Shown here one piece after another: positions 1-9,518 of a stretch of 64,000 nucleotides of DNA; within the stretch, counting starts at the first letter, position 1; every line of letters begins with the position of its first letter. The notes under the pieces are model-generated. The model was not told the DNA's origin. It saw nothing but the letters and a program-made list of their open reading frames with translations, and ran no database searches. This stretch comes from an uncultured Acidimicrobiales bacterium (lineage in GTDB: Bacteria; Actinomycetota; Acidimicrobiia; Acidimicrobiales; UBA10347): NCBI GenBank assembly GCA_937991435.1, contig CALKPY010000005.1, positions 45,854 through 109,853 of the forward strand, in the 5' to 3' direction. Made by a program: the position numbers and the translations under genes.

Positions 1-135
1 CGTTGCCGGGTCGTCGACTATCTCGGCTGAGGCTTCGAGCGTCGCCGGATGAGCCTGCAACGAAGTATCCCAGAACGTGCCGTCGAGGTCGGTGACGACA
101 AGAGTCTTTGTGTTACGAGTCTTTGTGTTGCTCAT
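1..135 (-). CDS. HAD-superfamily hydrolase, N-terminal fragment (runs off the window)
   Basis: Minus-strand ATG at 135..133. It translates MSNTKTRNTKTLVVTDLDGTFWDTSLQAHPATLE, which contains HAD motif I (DxDGT). The start overlaps the stop of the upstream gene as ATGA (132-135). Confidence 0.5.
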   Translation of the reverse strand, partial: MSNTKTRNTKTLVVTDLDGTFWDTSLQAHPATLEASAEIVDDPAT

Positions 136-992
136 CGACGCAACGATGCTTGCATCGTGCGCAGTTGCCGAAACGCGCCGCCTAGGCGCATCTCCACGGC
201 ATCGAGATCAGACGCGTTCGACGCCCTCAAAACCGTTGACTTGAGTTCGGCAGCCGTCTTGTCGAGTGACACCCATTGATCTGCAATTGCGGGCTGCGCC
301 AGTGCCGCTCCGCGAGACTCTGCAAGTTGCTCTGCGAGCTGGTTTGCCCAGCTGCTCAGATCAACCTGTCGTTGACTTTGATCGCTCTCTTTTCGGATCC
401 GGCGGGAGCGTGCCGCGCGGAACCGCAACGCTTGCACCAGCACGAAGAGCAACGACAACGCAAGAAGGCCTGCGGCGATCCACACCCACCACGAACTCGT
501 TGGCGGGTCGATGCCCTCTTCATCAACAACGGCGAGGAACGCGTCGACGGAATCGCCGATATTTTCCTCGGCTTGCGCGCGCGTGAGCGCACGTTCGAGC
601 TGCGAAACCGCGATATCTGCGCTAGCGACTTCAAATGAGGCGCCGTTGGCCTGATACGAGAGCGCAGTGCCCCCGAATCGGTCGACAAGAGCAGCTGCAC
701 TGACCGGAGCAACATCAGCGTCGACCACAGCGACACGCAACGTGGTGCCGATGCTGCGCGCCCGGGCATCTGCCTGAGCAAGCTGACCGATATCCAGTTC
801 TTCGGTGCCCGTCACCGAAAGGTCGCCGACTGACGCACCCGATGCAAAAGCTTCGACCATCGCTGACGGAAGCGACGCGTCGGTTCGGCTGCACGACGCA
901 AACAAAAGGGCCGCGACTGCGATTACGACCAACGATCTGCACCTTGGGTGCCCGGCAACGGAATCAACGCGACCCAGTCGCTCGACTGTCAT
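132..992 (-). CDS. hypothetical lipoprotein/membrane protein
   Basis: 286-aa ORF with a lipobox-like LLFASC near the N-terminus and one internal TM (WWVWIAAGLLALSLLFVLV). ATGA overlaps on both sides (989-992 and 132-135). No family recognised. Confidence 0.55.
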   Translation of the reverse strand: MTVERLGRVDSVAGHPRCRSLVVIAVAALLFASCSRTDASLPSAMVEAFASGASVGDLSVTGTEELDIGQLAQADARARSIGTTLRVAVVDADVAPVSAAALVDRFGGTALSYQANGASFEVASADIAVSQLERALTRAQAEENIGDSVDAFLAVVDEEGIDPPTSSWWVWIAAGLLALSLLFVLVQALRFRAARSRRIRKESDQSQRQVDLSSWANQLAEQLAESRGAALAQPAIADQWVSLDKTAAELKSTVLRASNASDLDAVEMRLGGAFRQLRTMQASLRR

Positions 993-1390
993 GCTCGTCC
1001 CAAAATGCGAGTGACGACGATCTCGATCGTGCGTCGATCAGCCCCACGATCCTTTGGGGGCCGGTACCGGTCGGCGTAGCGACGTTCGGCGTCGGCATTA
1101 GTGGCGGCATCGGCGGTCACGGTCGCGGTGCCATGAAGCGTCATCCATCGACCACCATCGACTTGACACACCGCCGCCTCGAGACCTACGTCTTGTTGCT
1201 GCTCGATCAAGCGCACTTTGCGCGCTGTCGCGAAGGTGATAATGCGCGCACACATCGTCTCTTCGTCGTACGTGAAGCCGACGGGTGTCACGTGCAGACC
1301 GCTCGGCGCGGCCAACGAAAGTGTTGCGAGATGCCTCTCGCTCAAAAACGTGAGCATTTCCTCGGTCAGATGCGCCGGTTCAACAGCCAT
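989..1390 (-). CDS. pyridoxamine 5'-phosphate oxidase (PPOX-class) family flavoprotein, possibly F420-dependent
   Basis: 133 aa. N-terminus LTEEMLTFLSERHLATLSLAAPSGLHVTPVGFTYD is typical of the small split-barrel PPOX/F420 family. Size fits. Confidence 0.7.
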   Translation of the reverse strand: MAVEPAHLTEEMLTFLSERHLATLSLAAPSGLHVTPVGFTYDEETMCARIITFATARKVRLIEQQQDVGLEAAVCQVDGGRWMTLHGTATVTADAATNADAERRYADRYRPPKDRGADRRTIEIVVTRILGRA

Positions 1391-1434
1391 GATGCGAGGC
1401 TAGTTGGCCGTTCGCGAGGTAGGTTGGGTAGGTC

Positions 1435-1860
1435 ATGCCGATCTTCACGCGAACCGTTGAGTACGGAACCCCATTCCGCAAGAATGAGGTTGTCAGAGCC
1501 ACCTGCGACCTTCCCGGAGTCCCTGCGGGCACAACCGGCAAGATCAAACTCGCCAACGGGTTCGAATGGCACCGCTACTGGGTGTTTTTCGACAACGGCA
1601 TCGACGTAGGACAGCTCGACGAACGAGAACTCGTGCGCCCTGAACACTGGGGCCAATGGCACGAGCAACAAGCCGAAGAAGCCGCCGCAGCCGAGCGGCT
1701 CGCGGCATCCGCCGCCAGCTCAGCCGATGACGCGGGTGGCGATCGAGCGGCTGCTGGCGATGCTGACCCCGACGACCCACTCGCACGGCTGCGGGCCATG
1801 GTCCCCGCTCATCTGCTCGAGAAGTCCAAGGCTGCACGCGAACGCCTTACGGGCGCCTGA
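1435..1860 (+). CDS. hypothetical protein
   Basis: 141-aa ORF in a gap between confident genes. Ala/Asp-rich linker. No recognised domain. Confidence 0.45.
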   Translation: MPIFTRTVEYGTPFRKNEVVRATCDLPGVPAGTTGKIKLANGFEWHRYWVFFDNGIDVGQLDERELVRPEHWGQWHEQQAEEAAAAERLAASAASSADDAGGDRAAAGDADPDDPLARLRAMVPAHLLEKSKAARERLTGA

Positions 1861-1880
1861 CCCCCCAACGCCGACCCGTC

Positions 1881-2435
1881 ATGCCCCAATCCGTTCGATC
1901 TCGTGGGTTGTGCCACACCCTTTCTCACCTGGCGGTCACTGTCGTTGCTTTCTTGGCCGTTGCACTAGCGGCAACGCCAACAGCCGGCGCTCACTCCGAG
2001 CTCCTGCAGTCTTCACCTCGCTCCGGAGCCACGGTGGGCGGAAGCTTTCACCAGGTCGCTCTGCAGTTTGGCGGACTCGCGGAGGGCCCTGCCCACGACC
2101 TGTCTCTGGTCGACCCTGCTGGGAACGAGATCACCACAATCGCGGTACAAGAGGGGCAGCGAGTCGTGCTTCCGATCGAACCCCTGGCCGTTCCCGGTAT
2201 GTACACGGTTCGTTATGCCGTCGTTGGAGCGGACGGCGACAGCACAAGCGGTTCGTTTACATTCCGATTCGATCCTGCAGCTAATGAACCGCTCGCTCTC
2301 ACGATTGGCAACACAAGCGACCCTGGCTTTGATTTCATCGCCTTTGGTCTACTGCTCGCTGGCGCCGCGGTGCTGGGATTTTTGGTTTACCGGTTCAGTT
2401 CCGCTCTTCGGGATCACCGAGCCGCATCGGTATAG
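1881..2435 (+). CDS. copC: CopC-domain copper-binding protein with C-terminal TM anchor
   Basis: Signal peptide, then a mature N-terminus HSELLQSSP (CopC His-1 plus SxP signature). Beta-rich about 100-aa domain, C-terminal TM FIAFGLLLAGAAVLGFLVY. Confidence 0.7.
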   Translation: MPQSVRSRGLCHTLSHLAVTVVAFLAVALAATPTAGAHSELLQSSPRSGATVGGSFHQVALQFGGLAEGPAHDLSLVDPAGNEITTIAVQEGQRVVLPIEPLAVPGMYTVRYAVVGADGDSTSGSFTFRFDPAANEPLALTIGNTSDPGFDFIAFGLLLAGAAVLGFLVYRFSSALRDHRAASV

Positions 2436-2473
2436 CAGCGGGGTTTCGATGACCCCCTCTCTATGACCTCGCC

Positions 2474-3889
2474 ATGACCGTCTCAGCGGATTACTCCGAC
2501 GGGCCCAGCCCCCATATTCGTCGGCTGATGCACGCCAGCCCGATGCTGGCCGACCTCGCCCGCGCCGATGTGCTTCTCTTGCGACCAGTCGACGACTCTG
2601 ATTTCGAAGTGCTCCATCATGTTCGCCCCATAAACGCGCGAACCGTGTATCCGATTGACCAGGCGGGCGTTCGAATGCCTCGCGCCGACCGACCGTTGGC
2701 GGCCAAAGCGCTCGAGACTGGCGAAATCTTCGATGGCGGTGTGTATCTGCGCCATCGCGATCGCTGGATTCGGACCCTGGTTGGTCCGGTGACCCATGAA
2801 GGACGCGTTGTCGCTGTCCTCGCTCGCGAGTTCTATCCGGCCGTCGAGTTCATGCCTGGCGACCTTGAACTCGTGTGCTTTTCGACGTATCGACGGCTTG
2901 CGTCAATGATCGCCAGCGGCTCGTATCCGTTCGGCGTTGAGACGCGGGTGCACGATCATCCGCCGCGGGTCGGCGATGGGGTCATGATTTTCGACCGAGC
3001 GGGCCGCTTGCACTACGCATCTCCCAACGCGCTTTCGGTGCTGCGTCAGGTTGGTGTTTCCGGGGCGAACATCGGCCAGCGTTTCGGCGACTTGGGTATC
3101 GACGCACCCGGCATAAGCCAGGCCTATGCCAACCGACTTGCGTACACCGACGAGATCGAGCTCGGCCAAGCAGTCCTCAGCACCTACTGCGTGCCATTGC
3201 TCACCCGCGAGGTCGTGACGGGAGCTCTCGTGCTCGTGCGCAACATCACCGAGCTTCGCCAACGCGATCGGTTGTTGATGACCAAAGACGCGACCATCGC
3301 CGAGATCCACCACCGGGTGAAGAACAGTCTTCAGACCGTTTCATCACTGTTGCAGTTGCAAAGTCGACGTCTCGAGTCGGTCGACGCCCGCGATGCGCTC
3401 GCTGAGGCGGCACGGCGAATCCGTTCGGTGAGCGTGGTGCACGAGTTACTTTCGCATCGCACTGACGACGAGATGCGCTTTGATGAGATACTGGCAACGC
3501 TGGCAGACATGACGGGCACGTCGCTCATGAACCCATCGCGGCCCGTGGCGATCCACGTCGACGCTGACCCGATTGTGTTGTCCAATGCCGTTACGACGCC
3601 CCTGGCGTTGGTTGTAAGCGAGCTTTTGCAAAACGCACTGCAACACGCTCACGCATCACGGATCGACGTTCGCCTGCGAGCCGACAACGACGGAATACAT
3701 CTTGCTGTCGTTGACGATGGCGTGGGATTTGAGTCGCAAGCTGCGGACGAATCGGGCAGCGGGCTCGGGCTCACAATCGCTCGCACACTCGTCGAAGGAG
3801 ACCTCTACGGAAGCATCTCGTTCTCGTCACCCGGACCGGGCGCGGTAATTGAGGTAGATGTTCCACGAGTCAACCCCTCGCCGTGTTGA
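2474..3889 (+). CDS. pdtaS: cytoplasmic GAF/PAS sensor histidine kinase, HisKA_2 type (PdtaS-like)
   Basis: 471 aa with no TM. H-box EIHHRVKNSLQTVSSLLQLQSRR (HisKA_2/HWE type). ATPase G-boxes DDGVGF and GSGLGL. N-terminal about 270 aa have GAF/PAS-like architecture, as in actinobacterial PdtaS. Confidence 0.65.
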   Translation: MTVSADYSDGPSPHIRRLMHASPMLADLARADVLLLRPVDDSDFEVLHHVRPINARTVYPIDQAGVRMPRADRPLAAKALETGEIFDGGVYLRHRDRWIRTLVGPVTHEGRVVAVLAREFYPAVEFMPGDLELVCFSTYRRLASMIASGSYPFGVETRVHDHPPRVGDGVMIFDRAGRLHYASPNALSVLRQVGVSGANIGQRFGDLGIDAPGISQAYANRLAYTDEIELGQAVLSTYCVPLLTREVVTGALVLVRNITELRQRDRLLMTKDATIAEIHHRVKNSLQTVSSLLQLQSRRLESVDARDALAEAARRIRSVSVVHELLSHRTDDEMRFDEILATLADMTGTSLMNPSRPVAIHVDADPIVLSNAVTTPLALVVSELLQNALQHAHASRIDVRLRADNDGIHLAVVDDGVGFESQAADESGSGLGLTIARTLVEGDLYGSISFSSPGPGAVIEVDVPRVNPSPC

Positions 3890-3945
3890 TCAGCTGATCG
3901 CACCTCGCACCCGCAAGCGGCGACAATCGCGCTATCAATGGTGCC

Positions 3946-4530
3946 ATGACTTCTTCGCCCTCAATGACAGGTTCAGGGCTAGCAGCCTTGGCCGGCATTG
4001 GGTGTGGCATGGCAATCTGGTCGCTCGCCGAGTATCTGAGCCACCGATTCGTTCTCCATGGTTCTGAATCGTTACCGTTCGGTGGTCTGCACCGGGCGCA
4101 CCACGCGGACCCGTTGAAAACATCGGCGCCTGCCCGCTCCGCTGGACACTTTTGTGTCGCCGGTACGGGAGCAGCAGTGGCAAGAGAGTTGGCCCGCTCC
4201 ACGAACCTCGGGGCAGCAGCGTGCGTCGGTGTCGCCCTCGGTTGGTCGGCCGGGTATTCGAGCTACGAGATTCTGCACTGGCAAGCGCATCACCTCGCAC
4301 CCGCTACCGCTGCTGGCCTTGAACGACGGCGACGGCACCTGCGGCATCACTACGGGGGTCCGGCGACGAACCATGGCGTTACGTTCGGTTTCTGGGATCG
4401 CGTTTTTGGCACCGATGGCCCCAGCGGCCCCACTCGCCTATCCAATCGCAACACCCCGCCCTGGATGCTCGACGAATCGGGCTCGATAGCGAGCAAGTGG
4501 AGCCAAGCATTTGAGGTTGCACGTGTCTGA
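3946..4530 (+). CDS. fatty acid hydroxylase / sterol desaturase family membrane protein
   Basis: Histidine boxes HRFVLH, HRAHH, HWQAHH and HLRHHY. C-terminal FGFWDRVFGT is typical of the family. Confidence 0.65.
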   Translation: MTSSPSMTGSGLAALAGIGCGMAIWSLAEYLSHRFVLHGSESLPFGGLHRAHHADPLKTSAPARSAGHFCVAGTGAAVARELARSTNLGAAACVGVALGWSAGYSSYEILHWQAHHLAPATAAGLERRRRHLRHHYGGPATNHGVTFGFWDRVFGTDGPSGPTRLSNRNTPPWMLDESGSIASKWSQAFEVARV

Positions 4531-7072
4531 AACGTCACCGTCTGAACCGTCACTGTCTGAACCGTCACAGTCTGAACCGCCGCTTCTTCGCAGGCTTCCC
4601 GACAACGGCGACCCCGACGCGATCTTCGACGGCTTCTGGGGGTGGCTCGACGAAAAAGGAATCGATCCATACCCAGCACAAGAAGAAGCAATTCTCGAGT
4701 TACTCGGCGGCAATAACGTAATCCTGGCCACACCAACTGGCTCGGGAAAGTCGCTCGTTGCCACCGCCGCTCACTTCGCCGCTCTCGCCGGCGGGCGACG
4801 CAGCGTGTACACCGCTCCTGTCAAGGCTCTCGTGAGCGAGAAGTTCTTCGCCTTGTGCCGAGAATTCGGTACCGACAACGTCGGCATGGTTACGGGCGAT
4901 GGTTCAGTGAATCCCGGCGCTCCGATCATTTGTTGCACCGCCGAGATCCTTGCAAACATGGCACTGCGCAGCGGCGCTGCCACCGATGTCGACGTGGCAA
5001 TCCTCGACGAGTTTCACTACTACTCCGAACCGCAACGAGGCTGGGCGTGGCAGGTGCCGCTTCTCGAGTTGCCGCACACCCAGTTTCTACTCATGTCAGC
5101 CACGTTGGGCGACACCACACGATTTGAGACCGAGCTCGAAGGGCTTACCGGGCGACCCACGAGTCTCGTGAGTTCGTCAGTCCGCCCAGTGCCGCTGCGA
5201 TACCAGTGGCGTGAGACAACATTGCTCGAGTCGGTCGAGGAGCTTCTCGAGATCGACCGGGCCCCGATCTACGTGGTGTATTTCACCCAACGCGACGCGA
5301 CCGAAGCCGCTCAGAACTTTATGAGCACCAATGTGCTGACCAAGGAAGAAAAAGAAGCCGTCAAGGTCGAAATGGGCGGGTTCCGGTTCGACAGCCCAAT
5401 CGGCAAGGACCTCAAACGCTTCATCTCGCACGGAATCGGCGTGCATCACGCTGGCCTGTTGCCCAAATATCGATTGCTCGTCGAGCGTCTCGCCCAGCGC
5501 GGACTTCTCAAAATCATTTGCGGTACTGACACGCTTGGCGTCGGCGTCAACGTGCCGATCCGTTCGGTGTTGATGTCGCAGTTGTGTAAGTACGACGGCC
5601 GAACGACACGCACGCTGCGCGTCCGCGAGTTCCAACAGATCGCCGGCCGGGCCGGGCGTAAGGGCTTCGACGATGTCGGTGACATCTGGGGGCAGGCCCC
5701 GGCTCACGTCGTCGAGAATCTCAAAGCCGAACGCAAGGCGGTAAACGACCCGAAGAAGAAGCGGAAGCTCGTCAAGAAGAAACCCCCAGAGCGCGGTTAC
5801 TCGCATTGGTCTGAAGACACGTTCACCAAACTGATCGAGGGGGCTCCCGAGCCGCTCGATTCAAGTTTTGCGGTGAGTCATCACATGTTGATGAATGTGC
5901 TCGACCGGCCGGGCGACGGCGGCGCGGCGATGCGACGGCTGTTGACGGTGAACCATGAGCCTCGCAAACGCCAACGGGCGCACATTAGGCGGGCCATCAG
6001 CATGTACCGGTCGTTGGTGGACTCCGAAGTGATTGAAGAACTCGACGAGCCCGATGACCAAGGTCGCCGGGTTCGCGTGACCATCGATCTACAAAACGAT
6101 TTCGCGCTGACCCAGCCGTTGTCGCTGTTTGCGGTCGAGGCTCTCGAAGTGCTCGATCCCGAACTTCCCACCCACCAACTTGATGTCGTAAGCGTTGTCG
6201 AATCGATCGTCGAGACGCCCAATGTGATCATCGCTGCCCAGCTCAACCGCATGAAGTCTGAGCTGGTCGCCGAAATGAAATCGACTGGCATCGAATACGA
6301 CGAGCGCATGGAGCGACTTGAAAAGGTCGAACCGGTCAAGCCGTTGGCCGAATTTCTCTACCCGGCATTTGATGTGTTCCGCCAGCACCATCCCTGGGTG
6401 GGGTACGACAATGTTGAACCCAAATCAATCGTGCGTGACCTATGGGAACGAGCGATGACCTTCGGTGAGTACGTGCAGTTCTACGGCCTCAAGCGATCCG
6501 AGGGTGTCGTACTGCGCTACCTCGGAGACGTGTACAAGGCCCTCGTTCAAAACGTGCCCGAACATGCCAAGACCGACGAGGTCTACGACCTGACTGACTG
6601 GCTGGGCGAAACCGTGCGCCAGATTGACTCCAGCCTGCTTGACGAGTGGGAACGGCTAACCAACCCCGACGAATCAGATGCCGAAGTTCCGGTAGTACCG
6701 ACCCGCAGCGACGTGACCACAAACGTGCGCGCTTTTCGGGCGATGGTACGCAACGAAGCGTTCCGTTGGGTGCAGCTTCTGGCCCGCCGCAGGTGGACTG
6801 ACCTTTCAGCGACTGCTGACCTCGACCCCGAGATGATCAAAGAGCGTTTCGATCCGTTCTTCGAGGCACACGAAGAGGTCATCCTCGATGCCGACGCCCG
6901 CGGACCTGGGCATTTCGAGTTTGATCCTGCAACAGGATTGATCACACAAACGTTGGTCGACCCGAACGGCTGGAACGAGTGGCAGCTCAAGGGGCACGTA
7001 GATCTCGAAGCATCAGCCGACCAAGGCCATGCCGTCGCTTCTCTCGTCGACATCGTGCATATGACTCAGTAG
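4511..7072 (+). CDS. DEAD/DEAH-box (Ski2-like) helicase with long C-terminal DUF3516-type extension
   Basis: Walker A ATPTGSGKS, motif II DEFH, motif III SATLG, HHAGLLP, motif VI QIAGRAGRKG. 853 aa. The start is uncertain (TTG 4511 or GTG 4523). The N-terminus carries SEPS repeats. Confidence 0.85.
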   Translation: MRLHVSETSPSEPSLSEPSQSEPPLLRRLPDNGDPDAIFDGFWGWLDEKGIDPYPAQEEAILELLGGNNVILATPTGSGKSLVATAAHFAALAGGRRSVYTAPVKALVSEKFFALCREFGTDNVGMVTGDGSVNPGAPIICCTAEILANMALRSGAATDVDVAILDEFHYYSEPQRGWAWQVPLLELPHTQFLLMSATLGDTTRFETELEGLTGRPTSLVSSSVRPVPLRYQWRETTLLESVEELLEIDRAPIYVVYFTQRDATEAAQNFMSTNVLTKEEKEAVKVEMGGFRFDSPIGKDLKRFISHGIGVHHAGLLPKYRLLVERLAQRGLLKIICGTDTLGVGVNVPIRSVLMSQLCKYDGRTTRTLRVREFQQIAGRAGRKGFDDVGDIWGQAPAHVVENLKAERKAVNDPKKKRKLVKKKPPERGYSHWSEDTFTKLIEGAPEPLDSSFAVSHHMLMNVLDRPGDGGAAMRRLLTVNHEPRKRQRAHIRRAISMYRSLVDSEVIEELDEPDDQGRRVRVTIDLQNDFALTQPLSLFAVEALEVLDPELPTHQLDVVSVVESIVETPNVIIAAQLNRMKSELVAEMKSTGIEYDERMERLEKVEPVKPLAEFLYPAFDVFRQHHPWVGYDNVEPKSIVRDLWERAMTFGEYVQFYGLKRSEGVVLRYLGDVYKALVQNVPEHAKTDEVYDLTDWLGETVRQIDSSLLDEWERLTNPDESDAEVPVVPTRSDVTTNVRAFRAMVRNEAFRWVQLLARRRWTDLSATADLDPEMIKERFDPFFEAHEEVILDADARGPGHFEFDPATGLITQTLVDPNGWNEWQLKGHVDLEASADQGHAVASLVDIVHMTQ
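4525..4581 (+). repeat. 15-bp tandem repeat, about 3.8 copies (gtctgaaccgtcacN)
   Basis: gtctgaaacgtcacc / gtctgaaccgtcact / gtctgaaccgtcaca / gtctgaaccgcc read directly. It encodes SETSP-SEPSL-SEPSQ-SEPP. The TGA stop of the upstream gene (4528-4530) lies inside copy 1. Confidence 0.9.
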
Positions 7073-7176
7073 CTGGCCCACTGACCTGGGCTCTTCGGAT
7101 TTACAACGGGTGCAGTTTGCCAGACACATTGGCATGACCGGGCCCGCGTCGCGATCGCTGCGCTACCGTTGGGCCC

Positions 7177-7614
7177 GTGAACATTCTCGTGACTTACCGA
7201 AGCCGCACGGGCAACACCGAGCGGGCCGCCGAACACATTGGCGGGGCCTTCACCGACCTTGGCCACGATGCTGTTGTGCGTCCATTTGACGGTCTCGATT
7301 TCGCCGAGATCGCCGCAGCCGACATTGTTTGCGTAGGAACCTGGGTCGACGGCCTGATCCTGTTCGGGCACCGCCCTGGTGACCCCGGCAAGCTCCGCGA
7401 GATACCCATGTTGTGGAACAAGCCAACCGCGGCATTCATGACCTATGCGTTTCACGCCGGCAATTGCATCGACGTATTCGCAGACTGGCTCGAATCAGAA
7501 CTCGGGGCCAACGTGATTGCTGGCCAGGCAATGCGGGCGCGTGACGTCGAAGTACTCGCCGCCGATTTCGCCACAGATGTTGTGAACCGAGTGCGTAATC
7601 CGGTCACCAGCTGA
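7177..7614 (+). CDS. flavodoxin family protein
   Basis: N-terminus MNILVTYRSRTGNTERAAEHI is the flavodoxin FMN phosphate-binding loop (T/S-x-T-G-x-T). 145 aa. Confidence 0.7.
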   Translation: MNILVTYRSRTGNTERAAEHIGGAFTDLGHDAVVRPFDGLDFAEIAAADIVCVGTWVDGLILFGHRPGDPGKLREIPMLWNKPTAAFMTYAFHAGNCIDVFADWLESELGANVIAGQAMRARDVEVLAADFATDVVNRVRNPVTS

Positions 7615-7620
7615 TCGCTC

Positions 7621-8820
7621 TCAGCCCGCCAATACGGCCAACCGATCAACGGCTTGGTCGAGCAGTTCGTCGCGCTTGCAAAATGCGAACCGAACCAGAT
7701 GACGACCTTCGGCTTCAGTGTCATAGAACACGACCGACGGAATTGCGACAACGCCGGCACGCTCCGGCAGCGCCAGGCAAAACGCCCGGCCGTCGTCGCT
7801 GCCCATCGAACGAATGTCGGCCGTAACAAAGTAGGTTCCCTGCGGGGTGTAGGCGTCGAATCCCACCTGCCTCAGGCCCGCCAATAGGCGATCACGCTTG
7901 CCTTGCAGGTCAGAAGCGAGAGCGTCGAAATAGTCATCGCCGAGGCGAAGGCCGACCGCCACCGCCGGCTGGAATATCGACCCGTTGACGAACGTCAAGA
8001 ACTGTTTCACCGACCGAATTGCCTTGATGTGGTCGCCCTGTCCGCACGCCCAACCGATCTTCCAACCGGTGCACGAAAAGGTCTTTCCAGCTGAGCTGAT
8101 CGTGATTGTGCGTGACGCCATTCCGGGCAACGTTGCAATGGGAATATGAGACGCATCATCAAAGCGAAGATGCTCGTACACCTCGTCAGACACGACCATG
8201 AGGTCTCGCTCACACGCAACCTCGGCGATCTGCATGAGTTCTGTACGCGTGAAGACCTTGCCCGACGGATTGTGTGGCGTGTTGAGCAGGATCAACCGAG
8301 TCTTTAGTGACACGGCTTGGCGTAACTCATCGACGTCAAATGTGAACGGTCCGTCGCCTGACTCTGGTGGGCGAAGCGTGACCACCCGCCGCACACCACC
8401 CGCAAGCGCCACGCCTGCTGCGTAACTGTCGTAGTACGGCTCGAACATGATGACTTCGTCACCCGGACGCACAAACGCGAGCAACGACGCCGCGAGGGCC
8501 TCGGTCGCGCCAGCCGTGGCCACAATCTCATCAACCGGGTCGAACTCGAGTCCCCAGAAACGCTGTTGATGCTCAGCTATGGCTGTACGCAGGTCAGCAG
8601 TGCCGGGCAACGGCGGATACTGATTAAGACCGCCCCGCAACGCCCGCTGCGCCGCATCGAGAATCTCGATCGGGCCATCGGTGTCGGGGAAGCCCTGTCC
8701 AAGGTTCAACGCATTGGTTGCAATGGCGAGAGCCGACATCTCGGCAAAGATCGTTTCGCCGAACTCAACGAGGCCAGGGTGCTGCCAGGCCCGGTGCGGC
8801 GCTGCCGCTCGCTCTGACAT
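7621..8820 (-). CDS. PLP-dependent aminotransferase, class I/II (DapC/kynurenine aminotransferase-like)
   Basis: 399 aa. Motifs NLGQGFPD, NPHNPSGKVF and SSAGKTFSCTGWKIGW (PLP lysine region). Confidence 0.85.
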   Translation of the reverse strand: MSERAAAPHRAWQHPGLVEFGETIFAEMSALAIATNALNLGQGFPDTDGPIEILDAAQRALRGGLNQYPPLPGTADLRTAIAEHQQRFWGLEFDPVDEIVATAGATEALAASLLAFVRPGDEVIMFEPYYDSYAAGVALAGGVRRVVTLRPPESGDGPFTFDVDELRQAVSLKTRLILLNTPHNPSGKVFTRTELMQIAEVACERDLMVVSDEVYEHLRFDDASHIPIATLPGMASRTITISSAGKTFSCTGWKIGWACGQGDHIKAIRSVKQFLTFVNGSIFQPAVAVGLRLGDDYFDALASDLQGKRDRLLAGLRQVGFDAYTPQGTYFVTADIRSMGSDDGRAFCLALPERAGVVAIPSVVFYDTEAEGRHLVRFAFCKRDELLDQAVDRLAVLAG

Positions 8821-9509
8821 CAGCGGTTGGCGTGAGCGTCAGCCATCAAGTCCTGCAACGATGCGCCTAGTTTCTCGCTGAAGGCGGCGCGATCGCCGAC
8901 GGTGACTCGACGTCCGGAAGACACCGGGGCATCAAGAAGTTCCCCTACCGAGATCACCACCTTTGCGCGTCGTGGGAATTTCACCCCTTTCGGCATTGCC
9001 TCGTCGGTGCCGGCAATGCCGATCGGGAGCACGCGGGCTCCCGTCTTTGCTGCCAAATACGCGACCCCGTCATAGATTTCGCCAACCTCGGTACCGACCT
9101 GACGGGTTCCCTCTGGGAACACAAACATCGCCTGTCCATCATCGAGCAGCATGCGAGCGGCTCGCAGTGCTTCGCGATCAGCGCTTCCTCGTTCGACCGG
9201 AAACGCACCGAGAGCGCTGATTAGCCACGCAAAGGGTCGAGTGGCGAACATGGTGTGCTTGGCGAGAGCCCGACAACGGCGACTCGACACACCGGCAACA
9301 AGCATCGAATCAAGATTCGACCGATGTACCGGAGCGAGAATGAGTGGTCCTTGTGCGTGCAAGTTGTCTATAAGCCCACGCGTCTCGACGCGAAAGTAGG
9401 GGTTGAGCACCCACCGGATGAAGCGCACCACGGCGCCGTAAACCACGAGAGACGACTTCTTCGCCCCGATTTCCAGCGCATATTCCTGTGGGTCCTCGAT
9501 CGAAGCCAT
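8820..9509 (-). CDS. 1-acyl-sn-glycerol-3-phosphate acyltransferase family (PlsC-like)
   Basis: HRSNLD (HX4D catalytic motif) and FPEGTR motif. 229 aa. Its stop overlaps the downstream aminotransferase ATG by 1 nt. Confidence 0.8.
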   Translation of the reverse strand: MASIEDPQEYALEIGAKKSSLVVYGAVVRFIRWVLNPYFRVETRGLIDNLHAQGPLILAPVHRSNLDSMLVAGVSSRRCRALAKHTMFATRPFAWLISALGAFPVERGSADREALRAARMLLDDGQAMFVFPEGTRQVGTEVGEIYDGVAYLAAKTGARVLPIGIAGTDEAMPKGVKFPRRAKVVISVGELLDAPVSSGRRVTVGDRAAFSEKLGASLQDLMADAHANR

Positions 9510-9518
9510 GTGCGCAGA

